Sequence record: NC_023688.1
Length of the DNA: 64,000 nt
Reading direction: 5' to 3' (one strand)
Part shown: positions 27,249-36,066 of the stretch, piece by piece
How positions within the stretch are numbered: the stretch's first letter is position 1
How the letters are laid out: every line of letters starts with the position of its first letter
Notes under the pieces: model-generated
Told to the model about the DNA's origin: nothing
The model's input: the letters and a program-made list of their open reading frames with translations, nothing else
Database searches by the model: none
Position numbers and translations under genes: made by a program

Positions 27249-29363
27249 TTACAAATGTTTAACACGTTTTTGCACTTCGTCCTGCTTGCCGGCATTAAAT
27301 GCGCGAGAACCGGGGTTCCCCAAATAACCGCAGACGCGACGAATAACGTTCATTTTGGTATCATCATGATTGCCGCACTTAGGACATTCATATCCTTTAG
27401 ATGTAGCAGTGAATTCGCCGTGATAACCGCATTCAAAACAAACATCAACTGGGGTATTGGTCCCATAATACGGGGTATTCCTATAAGCATAATCCCAAAC
27501 ATCTTCGAGAGCTTTCAGATTATCTTTCATATTCGGATATTCACCGTATGAAATAAAACCACCAGAACTAAGCGGAATGAATTGCTTTTCAAAATCGATC
27601 TTGTCATACGGATTTGTATTATGACGAACGTCCAGATGGAAACTGTTGGTATAATAATCCTTATCAAAGATTTTATGATTCGGATATTTTTCACTGTCAA
27701 TCTTCGCGAAACGATAGCACAGACTTTCAGACGGAGTACCGTACAAACTGAATGCTAAACCGGTTTCAGCTTTCCAAGAGTCAACAAGTTCTTTCATTCG
27801 AGCAAGAACTGCCAGCGCAAAAGTCTGCTTCTCTTTATTTTCCATGATATGTTCGCTAATGCTTGACATCATGATTTCGGTAACTTCATGCATACCGATG
27901 TAACCGATACTAACAGATGCGCGACCGTTGTCAAATGCTTTCATGATATCGTCATCTGGGTTCAGACGAACACCACAAGCACCTTCAACGTAAAGAATCG
28001 GAGCGACGCTGGCTTTAACGCCACGCAGACGATCAACGCGAGCCATCAAAGCTTGCTTGGTGATTTCCATACGTTCTTCCAGAAGATCCCAGAAACGCAT
28101 AGGATTGCCATTTGAATCAAGAGCGATTCGCGGCAAGTTCAGAGTGACCACACCCAAGTTGTTACGGCCTTCATGAACTTCAACACCGTTTTCGTCTTCC
28201 CAGCGATGCAAGAAACTACGGCATCCCATTGGGAATTTGAAACTACCAGTCACTTCAACGATCTTATCATAGCTCAGAATGTCCGGATACATACGTTTCG
28301 CAGCGCATTCCAGAGCCAACTGTTTGATACGATACAGCGGATCAGTCGGGTTCAAGTTGTGTCCGTCTTTCAGAGCGAATACCAGTTTCGGGAAAACAGG
28401 GGTGATACCCTCTTTACCAAGACCAGCCAAACGAACTTTCAGGATTGCTTCTTGAATCAGTTCTGACTCCCAGCTAGTACCAAGACCAAAGCCGAAGGTA
28501 CAGAACGGAGTTTGACCATTTGCGGAGTGCAGAGTGTTGACCTCATACTCCAGACCTTGCATAGCATCATATACAGCTTTGCGAGTCTTTGCAATAGCAT
28601 ATTGCTGTTGATCTGGAATTTTCCAGTAACGAGCTTCATCCAAGTGCTTTTCGTGTGTCATTTTAACATACGGTGCCAGCACTTCGTCAATGCGATTGAT
28701 TGTGTTACCGCCATAAATGTGACTTGCTACTTGAGCGATGATTTGAGCAATCACGGCAGCAGCGGTAGAAATGCTTTTCGGAGTCTCGATTTGAGCATTA
28801 CCCATTCTGAAACCACGTTTCAACATTCCTTCAACATCTATCAACATGCAGTTAAACATTGGGAAGAACGGTGAATAATCAAGATCGTGGAAGTGAATCC
28901 AACCATTTTCGTGTGCTTGCATAACTTCAACAGGCAGATAATGCTTGGCGAAATGCTTACTAACGATACCAGCTACCAAATCGCGTTGAGTTGGAATTAC
29001 CTTGGCGTCTTTGTTTGCATTTTCATTCATGATTGATTCATCAGATTGCTTCATCAGTCCCATGATGCGTTTTGTCATGTCTGAGTTCAGGTCGCGAGCG
29101 ACATCGCGATCATAGCGATATTCAATGTATGCGCGAGCCACAGCGGGATAGCGCGATCGCATCAGTGTATCTTCTACAACGTGTTGAATTTCGCCAATCG
29201 TCACCATAGAGCGACCAATGAGCTTACGAACAACTGCTTCTGTAGCGTGATGTGGGAAGGTGGGATCGGTAATACCGATAGATTGCAGAGAATTAGAGAT
29301 TGCTGTTTCAATAAAAGATTGATCGAAATCAACGATTCGACCATCGCGTTTTTGTACTTGCAT
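27249..29363 (-). CDS. nrdD: Class III anaerobic ribonucleoside-triphosphate reductase with N-terminal ATP cone
   Basis: VQKRDG ATP cone, IHFHDLD, PMGCRS, TPSESLC, CFEC/CPKC zinc site, RRVCGYL glycyl-radical loop. Confidence 0.97.
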   Translation of the reverse strand: MQVQKRDGRIVDFDQSFIETAISNSLQSIGITDPTFPHHATEAVVRKLIGRSMVTIGEIQHVVEDTLMRSRYPAVARAYIEYRYDRDVARDLNSDMTKRIMGLMKQSDESIMNENANKDAKVIPTQRDLVAGIVSKHFAKHYLPVEVMQAHENGWIHFHDLDYSPFFPMFNCMLIDVEGMLKRGFRMGNAQIETPKSISTAAAVIAQIIAQVASHIYGGNTINRIDEVLAPYVKMTHEKHLDEARYWKIPDQQQYAIAKTRKAVYDAMQGLEYEVNTLHSANGQTPFCTFGFGLGTSWESELIQEAILKVRLAGLGKEGITPVFPKLVFALKDGHNLNPTDPLYRIKQLALECAAKRMYPDILSYDKIVEVTGSFKFPMGCRSFLHRWEDENGVEVHEGRNNLGVVTLNLPRIALDSNGNPMRFWDLLEERMEITKQALMARVDRLRGVKASVAPILYVEGACGVRLNPDDDIMKAFDNGRASVSIGYIGMHEVTEIMMSSISEHIMENKEKQTFALAVLARMKELVDSWKAETGLAFSLYGTPSESLCYRFAKIDSEKYPNHKIFDKDYYTNSFHLDVRHNTNPYDKIDFEKQFIPLSSGGFISYGEYPNMKDNLKALEDVWDYAYRNTPYYGTNTPVDVCFECGYHGEFTATSKGYECPKCGNHDDTKMNVIRRVCGYLGNPGSRAFNAGKQDEVQKRVKHL

Positions 29364-29390
29364 TTAGGTTTCCGTTGTGAGTGTATGGGA

Positions 29391-29451
29391 AAAATAAAAA
29401 ACGAGTCTTTCGACTCGTTTCTATTGTACTGCTATTTAGTGTTTCGATAAA
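29391..29451 (-). promoter_or_regulatory. nrdD leader: promoter(s) followed by terminator-like hairpin
   Basis: TTTATC-17-TACAAT with nested ACTAAATA (29440-33), then aaacgagtc/gactcgttt hairpin plus U tract. Confidence 0.6.
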
Positions 29452-29452
29452 C

Positions 29453-29848
29453 TCAACCGAACAAAGAAAGTAGCTCGGTGTCTTCTTTTTTCAGATTGGC
29501 AACGATGTTAGCCAGCGCAGCATAGCGGATAGAACAACGACCTTTATTTACATCGATACCAGCTTCTTTCAGCGCAGACAACGGAATCGGACGAACGTTA
29601 TCAAAAAAGATATCGTTGGTATTCAGTTCTTTGTCAGTCCAAGTGCCGGTGTAAACCTCGGTGATATCAGCGAAATAAGCTTTGTTCCCTTTGTCAACGA
29701 TTGCGATGTGTTTTACCTTGTTGATGCGTTCGGCAGCACCGATAAAACCTTCGGCTTTCTTCTCTTTCAGCATACGCTCAAAGCTCAGACAGCCAGCAGT
29801 ACCATCCATTTCGCGACTCGGGATTACAACGATAGTATCTTGTTTCAT
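29453..29848 (-). CDS. Hypothetical protein with possible C-terminal clamp-binding peptide (ELLSLFG)
   Basis: 131 aa from MKQDT; SD GAGGA; own promoter. Confidence 0.7.
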   Translation of the reverse strand: MKQDTIVVIPSREMDGTAGCLSFERMLKEKKAEGFIGAAERINKVKHIAIVDKGNKAYFADITEVYTGTWTDKELNTNDIFFDNVRPIPLSALKEAGIDVNKGRCSIRYAALANIVANLKKEDTELLSLFG

Positions 29849-29874
29849 GATTTGTTCCTCAGCTTTGTTTCGAT

Positions 29875-29908
29875 AGAGCCATCTTATCATGATGGCTCTT
29901 TGTGTCAA
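29875..29908 (-). promoter_or_regulatory. Early promoter with 9-bp IR
   Basis: TTGACA-16-(TGn)TAAGAT; IR agagccatc / gatggctct. Confidence 0.75.
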
Positions 29909-29916
29909 CTAACTTT

Positions 29917-30195
29917 TCAGATTTTTTCGATTCTTGGACAACCAATCACAGACAGACCGGCGTTTTCGAGTTTCTGGATGCAACTGATAACATCATAGTG
30001 TTCTTCGATTACTGCATATGCTTTTTTGTCTTCGAGGATCTCATTCAGATAATGATCTCGCTCGGGGTGAGTAAATCGCCGCATATGAGCACGATTCATC
30101 GCCTGTTGATTTTTCAGCTTGGTATAAGCAACGCGAGTTGTGATCCAAGCTTTCATCTGAGTTGGAGATACAAACACACATACAGTAACGGACAT
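29917..30195 (-). CDS. Hypothetical protein
   Basis: MSVTVCV start after SD GAGGA; co-transcribed with the mini-pilin ORF. Confidence 0.65.
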   Translation of the reverse strand: MSVTVCVFVSPTQMKAWITTRVAYTKLKNQQAMNRAHMRRFTHPERDHYLNEILEDKKAYAVIEEHYDVISCIQKLENAGLSVIGCPRIEKI

Positions 30196-30218
30196 AATAT
30201 TTTCCTCAGTTATCAACA

Positions 30219-30308
30219 TTAGTGGAACAGTGCTGGGATAGATACGGATGCCAGAATTCCGATAATCGCAACAACAACCAACAGTTCAATCAGAGTAAAG
30301 CCTTTCAT
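30219..30308 (-). CDS. 29-aa type IV prepilin N-terminal peptide (mini-pilin), not in ORF track
   Basis: MKG|FTLIELLVVVAIIGILASVSIPALFH*: class III signal with G-1, F1, E5, G14, P22 in exact pilin register; SD GAGGA 6 nt upstream. Confidence 0.85.
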   Translation of the reverse strand: MKGFTLIELLVVVAIIGILASVSIPALFH

Positions 30309-30337
30309 TTTCATTCCTCGTTTGTTTTGATGTGTCC

Positions 30338-30365
30338 ATCATAGCAGCACAAAAATCGGTGTCAA
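30338..30365 (-). promoter_or_regulatory. Early promoter of the mini-pilin cassette
   Basis: TTGACA-16-(TGn)TATGAT immediately after the nrdB terminator. Confidence 0.8.
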
Positions 30366-30374
30366 GGCACAAAC

Positions 30375-30400
30375 AAAAAAAATCGCCCGAAGGCGATTTT
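30375..30400 (-). terminator. nrdAB terminator
   Basis: aaatcgcc-cgaa-ggcgattt with long minus-strand U tract. Confidence 0.9.
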
Positions 30401-30401
30401 C

Positions 30402-31532
30402 TTAAACTTCCAGTTCCTCAAAGAAATCTGCATCAAGTGTGGGATCAACTTGACCGATCAAATAGCTAGACAATTCTGCCTCTTGTGCAGCAACTTGAAC
30501 GGAATCGGAGTTCAGCCATTTGCGAATCCACGGCAGCGGATGTTTAATCGGTACGTTGACTTCATCCGGAACAGGCAAACCGACGGACCGCATACGACTA
30601 CCAGTTAGATAATCGATGTAATCAATCATTTCGGCCAGACTCAATCCGGGAATACTTACGTTACCAAGCAAGTCTTTCGCCCATTCTTTCTCTTGTTCTG
30701 CTACCTCGATAAAAATAGAAACTGCTTTTGACTCAAGACGTCTAGCAATGTCAACCATTTCCGAGTCATCATCGCCGTTCTGCCAAGCACGAATGAGATA
30801 CTGAGTCCCTTTCAAGTGCAATTGTTCGTCGCGAGCGATCAAGCGCATGATCTTGGCGTTACCTTCCATCAAACCACGCTCACCAAATGAGAATGTGCAA
30901 GCAAAGCTAACATAGAAACGCATTGCCTCAAGAGCGTTTACGGCGTGCATTGCGAGATACATAGCTTCTTTTACATTGGTGAGCTGTGCAACTCTCAGCT
31001 CAGGAGAAAACACGGACTGACGAAGCAGGTCGTAGGTTTTCAGCTCGCTAATCAGATCGTCGTAATACTGGGTTACAGAAGTTGCGCGAGCCATAATCTT
31101 GGCGTCAAGCAAGATCCTATCAAAGACAGCAGACGGATCGACATACAGATTACGCATGATATGAGTATAAGAGCGACTGTGAATTGTCTCACTAAAACTC
31201 CAAGTCGTGATCCAAGTCTCAAGCGCAACATCAGAGACGATTGGCAAGAATACCAAGTTTGGTGCGCGACCTTGAACAGAGTCGAGCAGACTTTGATATT
31301 TCAGATTCTGAGTGAACACATATTGTTCTTGTTCGCTCAATCGAGAGTAATCAATCGCATCCTTAGACAGATCGACTTCCTCTGGTCGCCAGAAAAATGA
31401 GAGCGAACGTTCCGTTAATTTATCAATCGCTGGGTGTTTTACTGTTTCATATCTGGCTAATCCCATTGCTTCGCCCAAGAACAACGGAGCTTTCATATGA
31501 TCAACTACATTTTTATTAAATACGGTATCCAT
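30402..31532 (-). CDS. nrdB: Class Ia RNR beta subunit
   Basis: FFWRPEE, LDSVQGR, SETIHSRSY, LEAMRFYVSFAC, RDEQLH, AQEAELSSY; no intron. Confidence 0.97.
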   Translation of the reverse strand: MDTVFNKNVVDHMKAPLFLGEAMGLARYETVKHPAIDKLTERSLSFFWRPEEVDLSKDAIDYSRLSEQEQYVFTQNLKYQSLLDSVQGRAPNLVFLPIVSDVALETWITTWSFSETIHSRSYTHIMRNLYVDPSAVFDRILLDAKIMARATSVTQYYDDLISELKTYDLLRQSVFSPELRVAQLTNVKEAMYLAMHAVNALEAMRFYVSFACTFSFGERGLMEGNAKIMRLIARDEQLHLKGTQYLIRAWQNGDDDSEMVDIARRLESKAVSIFIEVAEQEKEWAKDLLGNVSIPGLSLAEMIDYIDYLTGSRMRSVGLPVPDEVNVPIKHPLPWIRKWLNSDSVQVAAQEAELSSYLIGQVDPTLDADFFEELEV

Positions 31533-31580
31533 TTTTATTCCTTGTTATAGGGGCCGAAGCCCCTAGTGATAGACTTGATA

Positions 31581-33815
31581 TTAGACCTTGCACGTCTCGC
31601 ATTCGGAAGAAGTATCTTCTGTGCCGTCTGCACCATCGCGGGTGTTTGAATAGTACATCGATTTAACACCATGTTTCTGTGCTCTTGACATATCTTTCAA
31701 TACGATTTTCATCGGGATTTTCTCACCCGGATACACAGCGGGATCATAGTATGTGTTAGCACTGATCATCTGGTCTACGAACTTCTGCATGATGGCAACA
31801 ATGTCAAGATATCCTTTCATGCCACGCTTAGTCATTTTCCAAGCGGTTTCGTATTCGCTACCAAGCATATCAACCTCTGGAACGAGTTGATTAAACACGC
31901 CATCTTTCGATTGCTTTGTGCTCATTAGAGCGCGAGGTGGCTCAATTCCGTTTGTGCTGTTGGTGATCTGTGAACTACTCTCACACGGCATAAACGCGCT
32001 CAGTGTGTCATTACGAAGACCATATTTCTTGATCTCAGCTCGCAACCATTCCCAATCCATTTTCAGATCATTCGGAACGATATTGTCAACATTCTTGTTG
32101 TACCAGTCAATCGGTAATAGACCATCAGCCCACTTAGTCTTGTGATGCCATTCATTTGCGCCACGTTCTTTAGCGAGTTCCATAGACGCAACAAGATTAG
32201 CAAATTGCATCATTTCCATGGTACGATGAACAAGCTTGTTCGCGTTGCCGCTTGAATAGTCAACAAAGTTCTTTGCTAAGAAATAAGCAAAGTTTGTTAC
32301 ACCAATCCCAAGTGCGCGACGCTTTTTGGCAGCAAGTGCTTGAACAACAGGATAATCCTGATAGTCAAGCAAGTTGTCCAGTGCTCGAACAGCAGCGCGA
32401 GCAACATTCAAAAAGTCTTCGTAACTCTCGATTGCACCAAGATTATATGCCGCAAGAGTACACAAAGCGATCTCGCCGGAACCATCACGCTTAACCGGAT
32501 ATGTCGGCAACGCGATCTCAATACACAAGTTGGACTGACGAATTGGCTCTTTGTACGGAGTAGCCGAGTTCACGTTATCAATAAACATCGGATAAATTCG
32601 ACCTGTGCCAGTACGCTCTTGCGCAAACAGGTTGAAGATCTCAGATGCTTTGATACGCTTTTTGCGAACAAACGGTTCTTCTTCCAGCATTTCGTACAAC
32701 TCTTTGAACTTAACGGGATCTTTATAGAACAGATCGTAAAGCTCGCCATTTTGAACATCAGGACTAAACAGCGTGATATAATCATCGTTTTTCAGACGTT
32801 CCCAGAACATTTTATTGATTTGGATACCGTAGTCCAAGTGTCTGATTCGATTTTCTTCCACACCCTTGTTGTTCTTGAGCACAAGGATTTTTTCAACTTC
32901 AAGATGCCACATCGGATAATACAGAGTAGCAGCGCCACCACGTACACCGCCCTGTGAGCAGCTTTTTACCGCAGTCTGAAAGTATTTCCAGAATGGGATA
33001 ATACCAGTATGACGAACCTCGCCAGAACGAATTCTAGAGCCTTCAGCACGAATAGCACCACCATTGATACCGATACCAGCTCTCTTGCTGATATAGTCAA
33101 CGATAGAACTAGCGGTTGCGTTAATGCTATCGAGTTCATCACCACTTTCAATCTTGACGCATGAGCTAAACTGACGGGTCGGAGTACGAACACCAGCCAG
33201 AATAGGAGTCGGAAGACTCAGCTTGCCAAGAGAAGTGACGTCATAAAAGTTTTTAACTTTAGCGAGTCTATCTGTTTTTTCGTCTTGATGCAAGCACATT
33301 GCAACCAGCATATAAAGCATTTGTGGAGTTTCGTACAACTCTCCGGTACTGCGATCTTTCGCCAAATACTTTTCTTTGAACTGCATTACACCAGCATAAG
33401 CCAGATTAAAATCGCGTTCGTGAATGATATAGTTATTCAGCTCACTGAATTCTTCATCAGTCCATTTAGTAGCAAGATCCGGATCATAGATGCCATCTTG
33501 TACCAGTTCGAGCGTATGGCGTTTCAGATGCGGAGGATCAAACTGATTATATGCTTGTTTGCGCAAGGCATACATTTGCAGACGAGCCGCAACATACTGA
33601 TAATCAGGTTGTTCAATAGAAATTCTGTCTGCGGCAAACTTGATTGCCAGCTTTTGAATGTCTTTTGTGCTCATACCGTTAGTGATAGACGACATGATAC
33701 CACTCATGATCTCAATCGGATCAATTCGTGTGCCAGTGGTAGCAAACGTGATTATGCGATAAAGTTTCTGTTTGTCAAAGCTTTCTGTAATACCACTTGA
33801 TTTTCTTACTAACAT
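31581..33815 (-). CDS. nrdA: Class Ia RNR alpha subunit (intact)
   Basis: ATP cone, PTPILAG, QFSSC, SQGGVRGG, QSNLCIE, PCESSSQI..STNGIEP, KSMYY, C-terminal CETC. Confidence 0.97.
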   Translation of the reverse strand: MLVRKSSGITESFDKQKLYRIITFATTGTRIDPIEIMSGIMSSITNGMSTKDIQKLAIKFAADRISIEQPDYQYVAARLQMYALRKQAYNQFDPPHLKRHTLELVQDGIYDPDLATKWTDEEFSELNNYIIHERDFNLAYAGVMQFKEKYLAKDRSTGELYETPQMLYMLVAMCLHQDEKTDRLAKVKNFYDVTSLGKLSLPTPILAGVRTPTRQFSSCVKIESGDELDSINATASSIVDYISKRAGIGINGGAIRAEGSRIRSGEVRHTGIIPFWKYFQTAVKSCSQGGVRGGAATLYYPMWHLEVEKILVLKNNKGVEENRIRHLDYGIQINKMFWERLKNDDYITLFSPDVQNGELYDLFYKDPVKFKELYEMLEEEPFVRKKRIKASEIFNLFAQERTGTGRIYPMFIDNVNSATPYKEPIRQSNLCIEIALPTYPVKRDGSGEIALCTLAAYNLGAIESYEDFLNVARAAVRALDNLLDYQDYPVVQALAAKKRRALGIGVTNFAYFLAKNFVDYSSGNANKLVHRTMEMMQFANLVASMELAKERGANEWHHKTKWADGLLPIDWYNKNVDNIVPNDLKMDWEWLRAEIKKYGLRNDTLSAFMPCESSSQITNSTNGIEPPRALMSTKQSKDGVFNQLVPEVDMLGSEYETAWKMTKRGMKGYLDIVAIMQKFVDQMISANTYYDPAVYPGEKIPMKIVLKDMSRAQKHGVKSMYYSNTRDGADGTEDTSSECETCKV

Positions 33816-33849
33816 GTTACCTCGTTGTGTTTGTATGGAGGAGAGATAC

Positions 33850-33888
33850 ATTATACATCATTCATGGTTGATGTAAACATTTTACATC
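33850..33888 (-). promoter_or_regulatory. nrdA promoter with 8-bp IR over -35
   Basis: (G)TTTACA-16-TATAAT; IR gatgtaaa 33870-77 / tttacatc 33881-88. Confidence 0.7.
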
Positions 33889-33928
33889 TTTAGATTTTTA
33901 AAAATCCCGACTTAACGGGATTTCTTAT

Positions 33929-34396
33929 TTACTTTTGATTGTAATGATTATCAACGAACGTCATCACATTGAGCCAATGTCTAGCTAGTTCAAGCCTAGC
34001 TTCATAGTATTTTACATTATTCCGGTAATAACGTTCTTCTGCATACTGCATTTGAGGACTACTACCGTCTTTGATGTCAATCAGAAACAAGTCGTTACAT
34101 GTTTCTTTGTCCCAGTGTGGATACATCGCCATAAGCGAATCGACTCGCAGAATACTAGCCACTTCAAATCCAACATGATAGCAGATGCCACACGCAATTG
34201 TCTTGCGCGCCAAAGTTCGATCTGAGATCTTATACAGTGTTTCCATTGCATCGGCATATCGATCAGGCTTTTCGATTCGCATTTTCAGCAAATCATAATA
34301 CTTTGTCAGATCCGAGTTGTCCAGAAATTTCAGTTTCAGACGCTCGTTCTTGCTCATGAAAATGGATTTGATTTTGGTTTGCAGTGCAGTAAACAT
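33929..34396 (-). CDS. Hypothetical protein, paralog family member 1
   Basis: GIC...W...YYEARLELARHWL motif. Confidence 0.7.
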   Translation of the reverse strand: MFTALQTKIKSIFMSKNERLKLKFLDNSDLTKYYDLLKMRIEKPDRYADAMETLYKISDRTLARKTIACGICYHVGFEVASILRVDSLMAMYPHWDKETCNDLFLIDIKDGSSPQMQYAEERYYRNNVKYYEARLELARHWLNVMTFVDNHYNQK

Positions 34397-34857
34397 TAAT
34401 TTATTCCTCTCGATAAGATAATGCCAGTATACGCTTTTTTCTCGTTTTGATACTGCTCAATTACTTTCAGCCAGTGATTGGCAAGTTCGACACGCTTTTT
34501 GTAGTATTCAATCTCCTCCGCCGGTTTCATCAGAAGTTGAGAGAAATCATGGTATGCATGAATACCACCTTCAATCGGATAAACGTGATCACCACTAAAA
34601 TATTTATAGTCGCGATTCGCATAACGCTTGAAAGCAAGATTCGCTAGTCCATTCATACAGACACACAGACCAAACCGGAGATCTTCCATATCCTTTGTGC
34701 TAACGCTTTTAAGAAAAAGAACATCACGCTTAAATCGTTCAGTGTCCATGAAAGCATCCAAGTGTTCAGTGAATGCTACTTTTTCGTGATCAATCGGTTC
34801 CGGTTTCTTGAACCAATTTCGAATCCAATTAAGCATCATTTTTCTCCAGACTAACAA
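34396..34857 (-). CDS. Hypothetical protein, paralog family member 2
   Basis: GLC...YFSGDHVYP...YYKKRVELANHWL. Confidence 0.7.
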   Translation of the reverse strand: MLVWRKMMLNWIRNWFKKPEPIDHEKVAFTEHLDAFMDTERFKRDVLFLKSVSTKDMEDLRFGLCVCMNGLANLAFKRYANRDYKYFSGDHVYPIEGGIHAYHDFSQLLMKPAEEIEYYKKRVELANHWLKVIEQYQNEKKAYTGIILSRGIN

Positions 34858-35263
34858 TGTTACTCAGAACCAGTTCAACGAATTTCACCCAGTGACAAGC
34901 CAATGATTTACGAGCTTCCCAGTATTCCGGATTAGTGTCATCAACTTCACCGCGACAGAACCGATTCTCTTGATTGTACTCTGCGATTGCTTGATCCAAA
35001 TATTCTTCATTGATACGACCGGACTCGGTAGTCTTATCAGAGTAAAGAACATAGCCACGCTGGCCACTCCAGTATTCGAAATCTTTGTTGATTTCTTTGG
35101 CAGTCAGATTGATAGGAAGCAAATCACACAGACCTTCCCGGCAATCATAACGGGTCAATTCACCAGTGATAACTTTCTTGAGAATTTCGCGAGCATCCTT
35201 CCATAGTTGAATTTTTTCACTGGTATAGATTTGTTCAGCGTAAACTTTTGCAATGTTTTCCAT
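34829..35263 (-). CDS. Hypothetical protein, paralog family member 3
   Basis: GLC...YWSGQRGY...YWEARKSLACHWV; start MENIAK. Confidence 0.7.
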   Translation of the reverse strand: MENIAKVYAEQIYTSEKIQLWKDAREILKKVITGELTRYDCREGLCDLLPINLTAKEINKDFEYWSGQRGYVLYSDKTTESGRINEEYLDQAIAEYNQENRFCRGEVDDTNPEYWEARKSLACHWVKFVELVLSNIVSLEKNDA

Positions 35264-35315
35264 GATATATCTCTCGTTTGTTGATGTAGCTATCTTAGCA
35301 GATTCGCAATCGGTG

Positions 35316-35486
35316 TCAATTAGTTTCGGAAAGAAATTTGATATCTTCTTTTGCGTCTTCAATACGAAGATATTCGCCACGCAGAACACTATCCATTACC
35401 ATAGCGGTAGATCGTTCGGTTTTGTCTTTGCTCTTGAGCATAGCGTTAATCTTTGATCTGATTTCAAATGCTTCTTCTAGTGTCAT
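35316..35486 (-). CDS. Small hypothetical protein (56 aa, not in ORF track)
   Basis: MTLEEAFEIRSKINAMLK...LSETN; SD GAGGA; own promoter. Confidence 0.6.
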   Translation of the reverse strand: MTLEEAFEIRSKINAMLKSKDKTERSTAMVMDSVLRGEYLRIEDAKEDIKFLSETN

Positions 35487-35510
35487 GATATTATCCTCTA
35501 AAACAATAAA

Positions 35511-35542
35511 GCCAGTCTATAGAAGACTGGCCGTTATGTCAA
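35511..35542 (-). promoter_or_regulatory. Early promoter with 8-bp IR
   Basis: TTGACA-17-TAGACT; IR gccagtct / agactggc followed by a U-rich tract. Confidence 0.7.
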
Positions 35543-35543
35543 A

Positions 35544-36029
35544 TCAATTATGAAGTTTTTTCATCTTTTTTGGCATTTCTTTGTTGAACACTTTGCAGAG
35601 TTCAGCCTTGGTCATGCCGTCGTTGTACGCGAAACCGTTTGCTTGTAACTCGGCAATCATTGTCGGTTTGTCTTGACGAGCGAAACGCTTTTTCAAATCT
35701 GGCAACAGTTTCGGGTGAATGTCATTTTCTTTGGTATCTTGTTCGAGATACGATATCAAGGTTTTTAGTTGTGTGATGTAATCGACATTTCTAGACGCCA
35801 GACCAGATCGCATAAACTCATGTCTAACCATACCTTCAAACTTGTTACAAAAGCAACACAGCAAACCGCGCACACGTCCAGCTTGCGGCCCATCTAATTC
35901 GTGATCATGATCAAGATGATTTTTGTTAATCTCTTTATCAAGCTCACGCTTACAGAGAGGGCAAATGCCGTTTTGTGCATGGTACAGTTTTTCTTTAGCG
36001 GCATCATAGGTTTTCGGTGTCAACAGCAT
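35544..36029 (-). CDS. 49: Recombination endonuclease VII (Holliday junction resolvase)
   Basis: MLLT, CPLC, HLDHDH, GRVRGLLC..CN, DIHP. Confidence 0.95.
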   Translation of the reverse strand: MLLTPKTYDAAKEKLYHAQNGICPLCKRELDKEINKNHLDHDHELDGPQAGRVRGLLCCFCNKFEGMVRHEFMRSGLASRNVDYITQLKTLISYLEQDTKENDIHPKLLPDLKKRFARQDKPTMIAELQANGFAYNDGMTKAELCKVFNKEMPKKMKKLHN

Positions 36030-36066
36030 AGAGTCATTTCCATTAGTGAATATGACTCTATTTAGT
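36029..36066 (-). promoter_or_regulatory. Late promoter plus RBS-occluding hairpin of gene 49
   Basis: ACTAAATA 36066-59; 9-bp IR 36029-37 / 36052-60 reaching the start codon. Confidence 0.75.
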
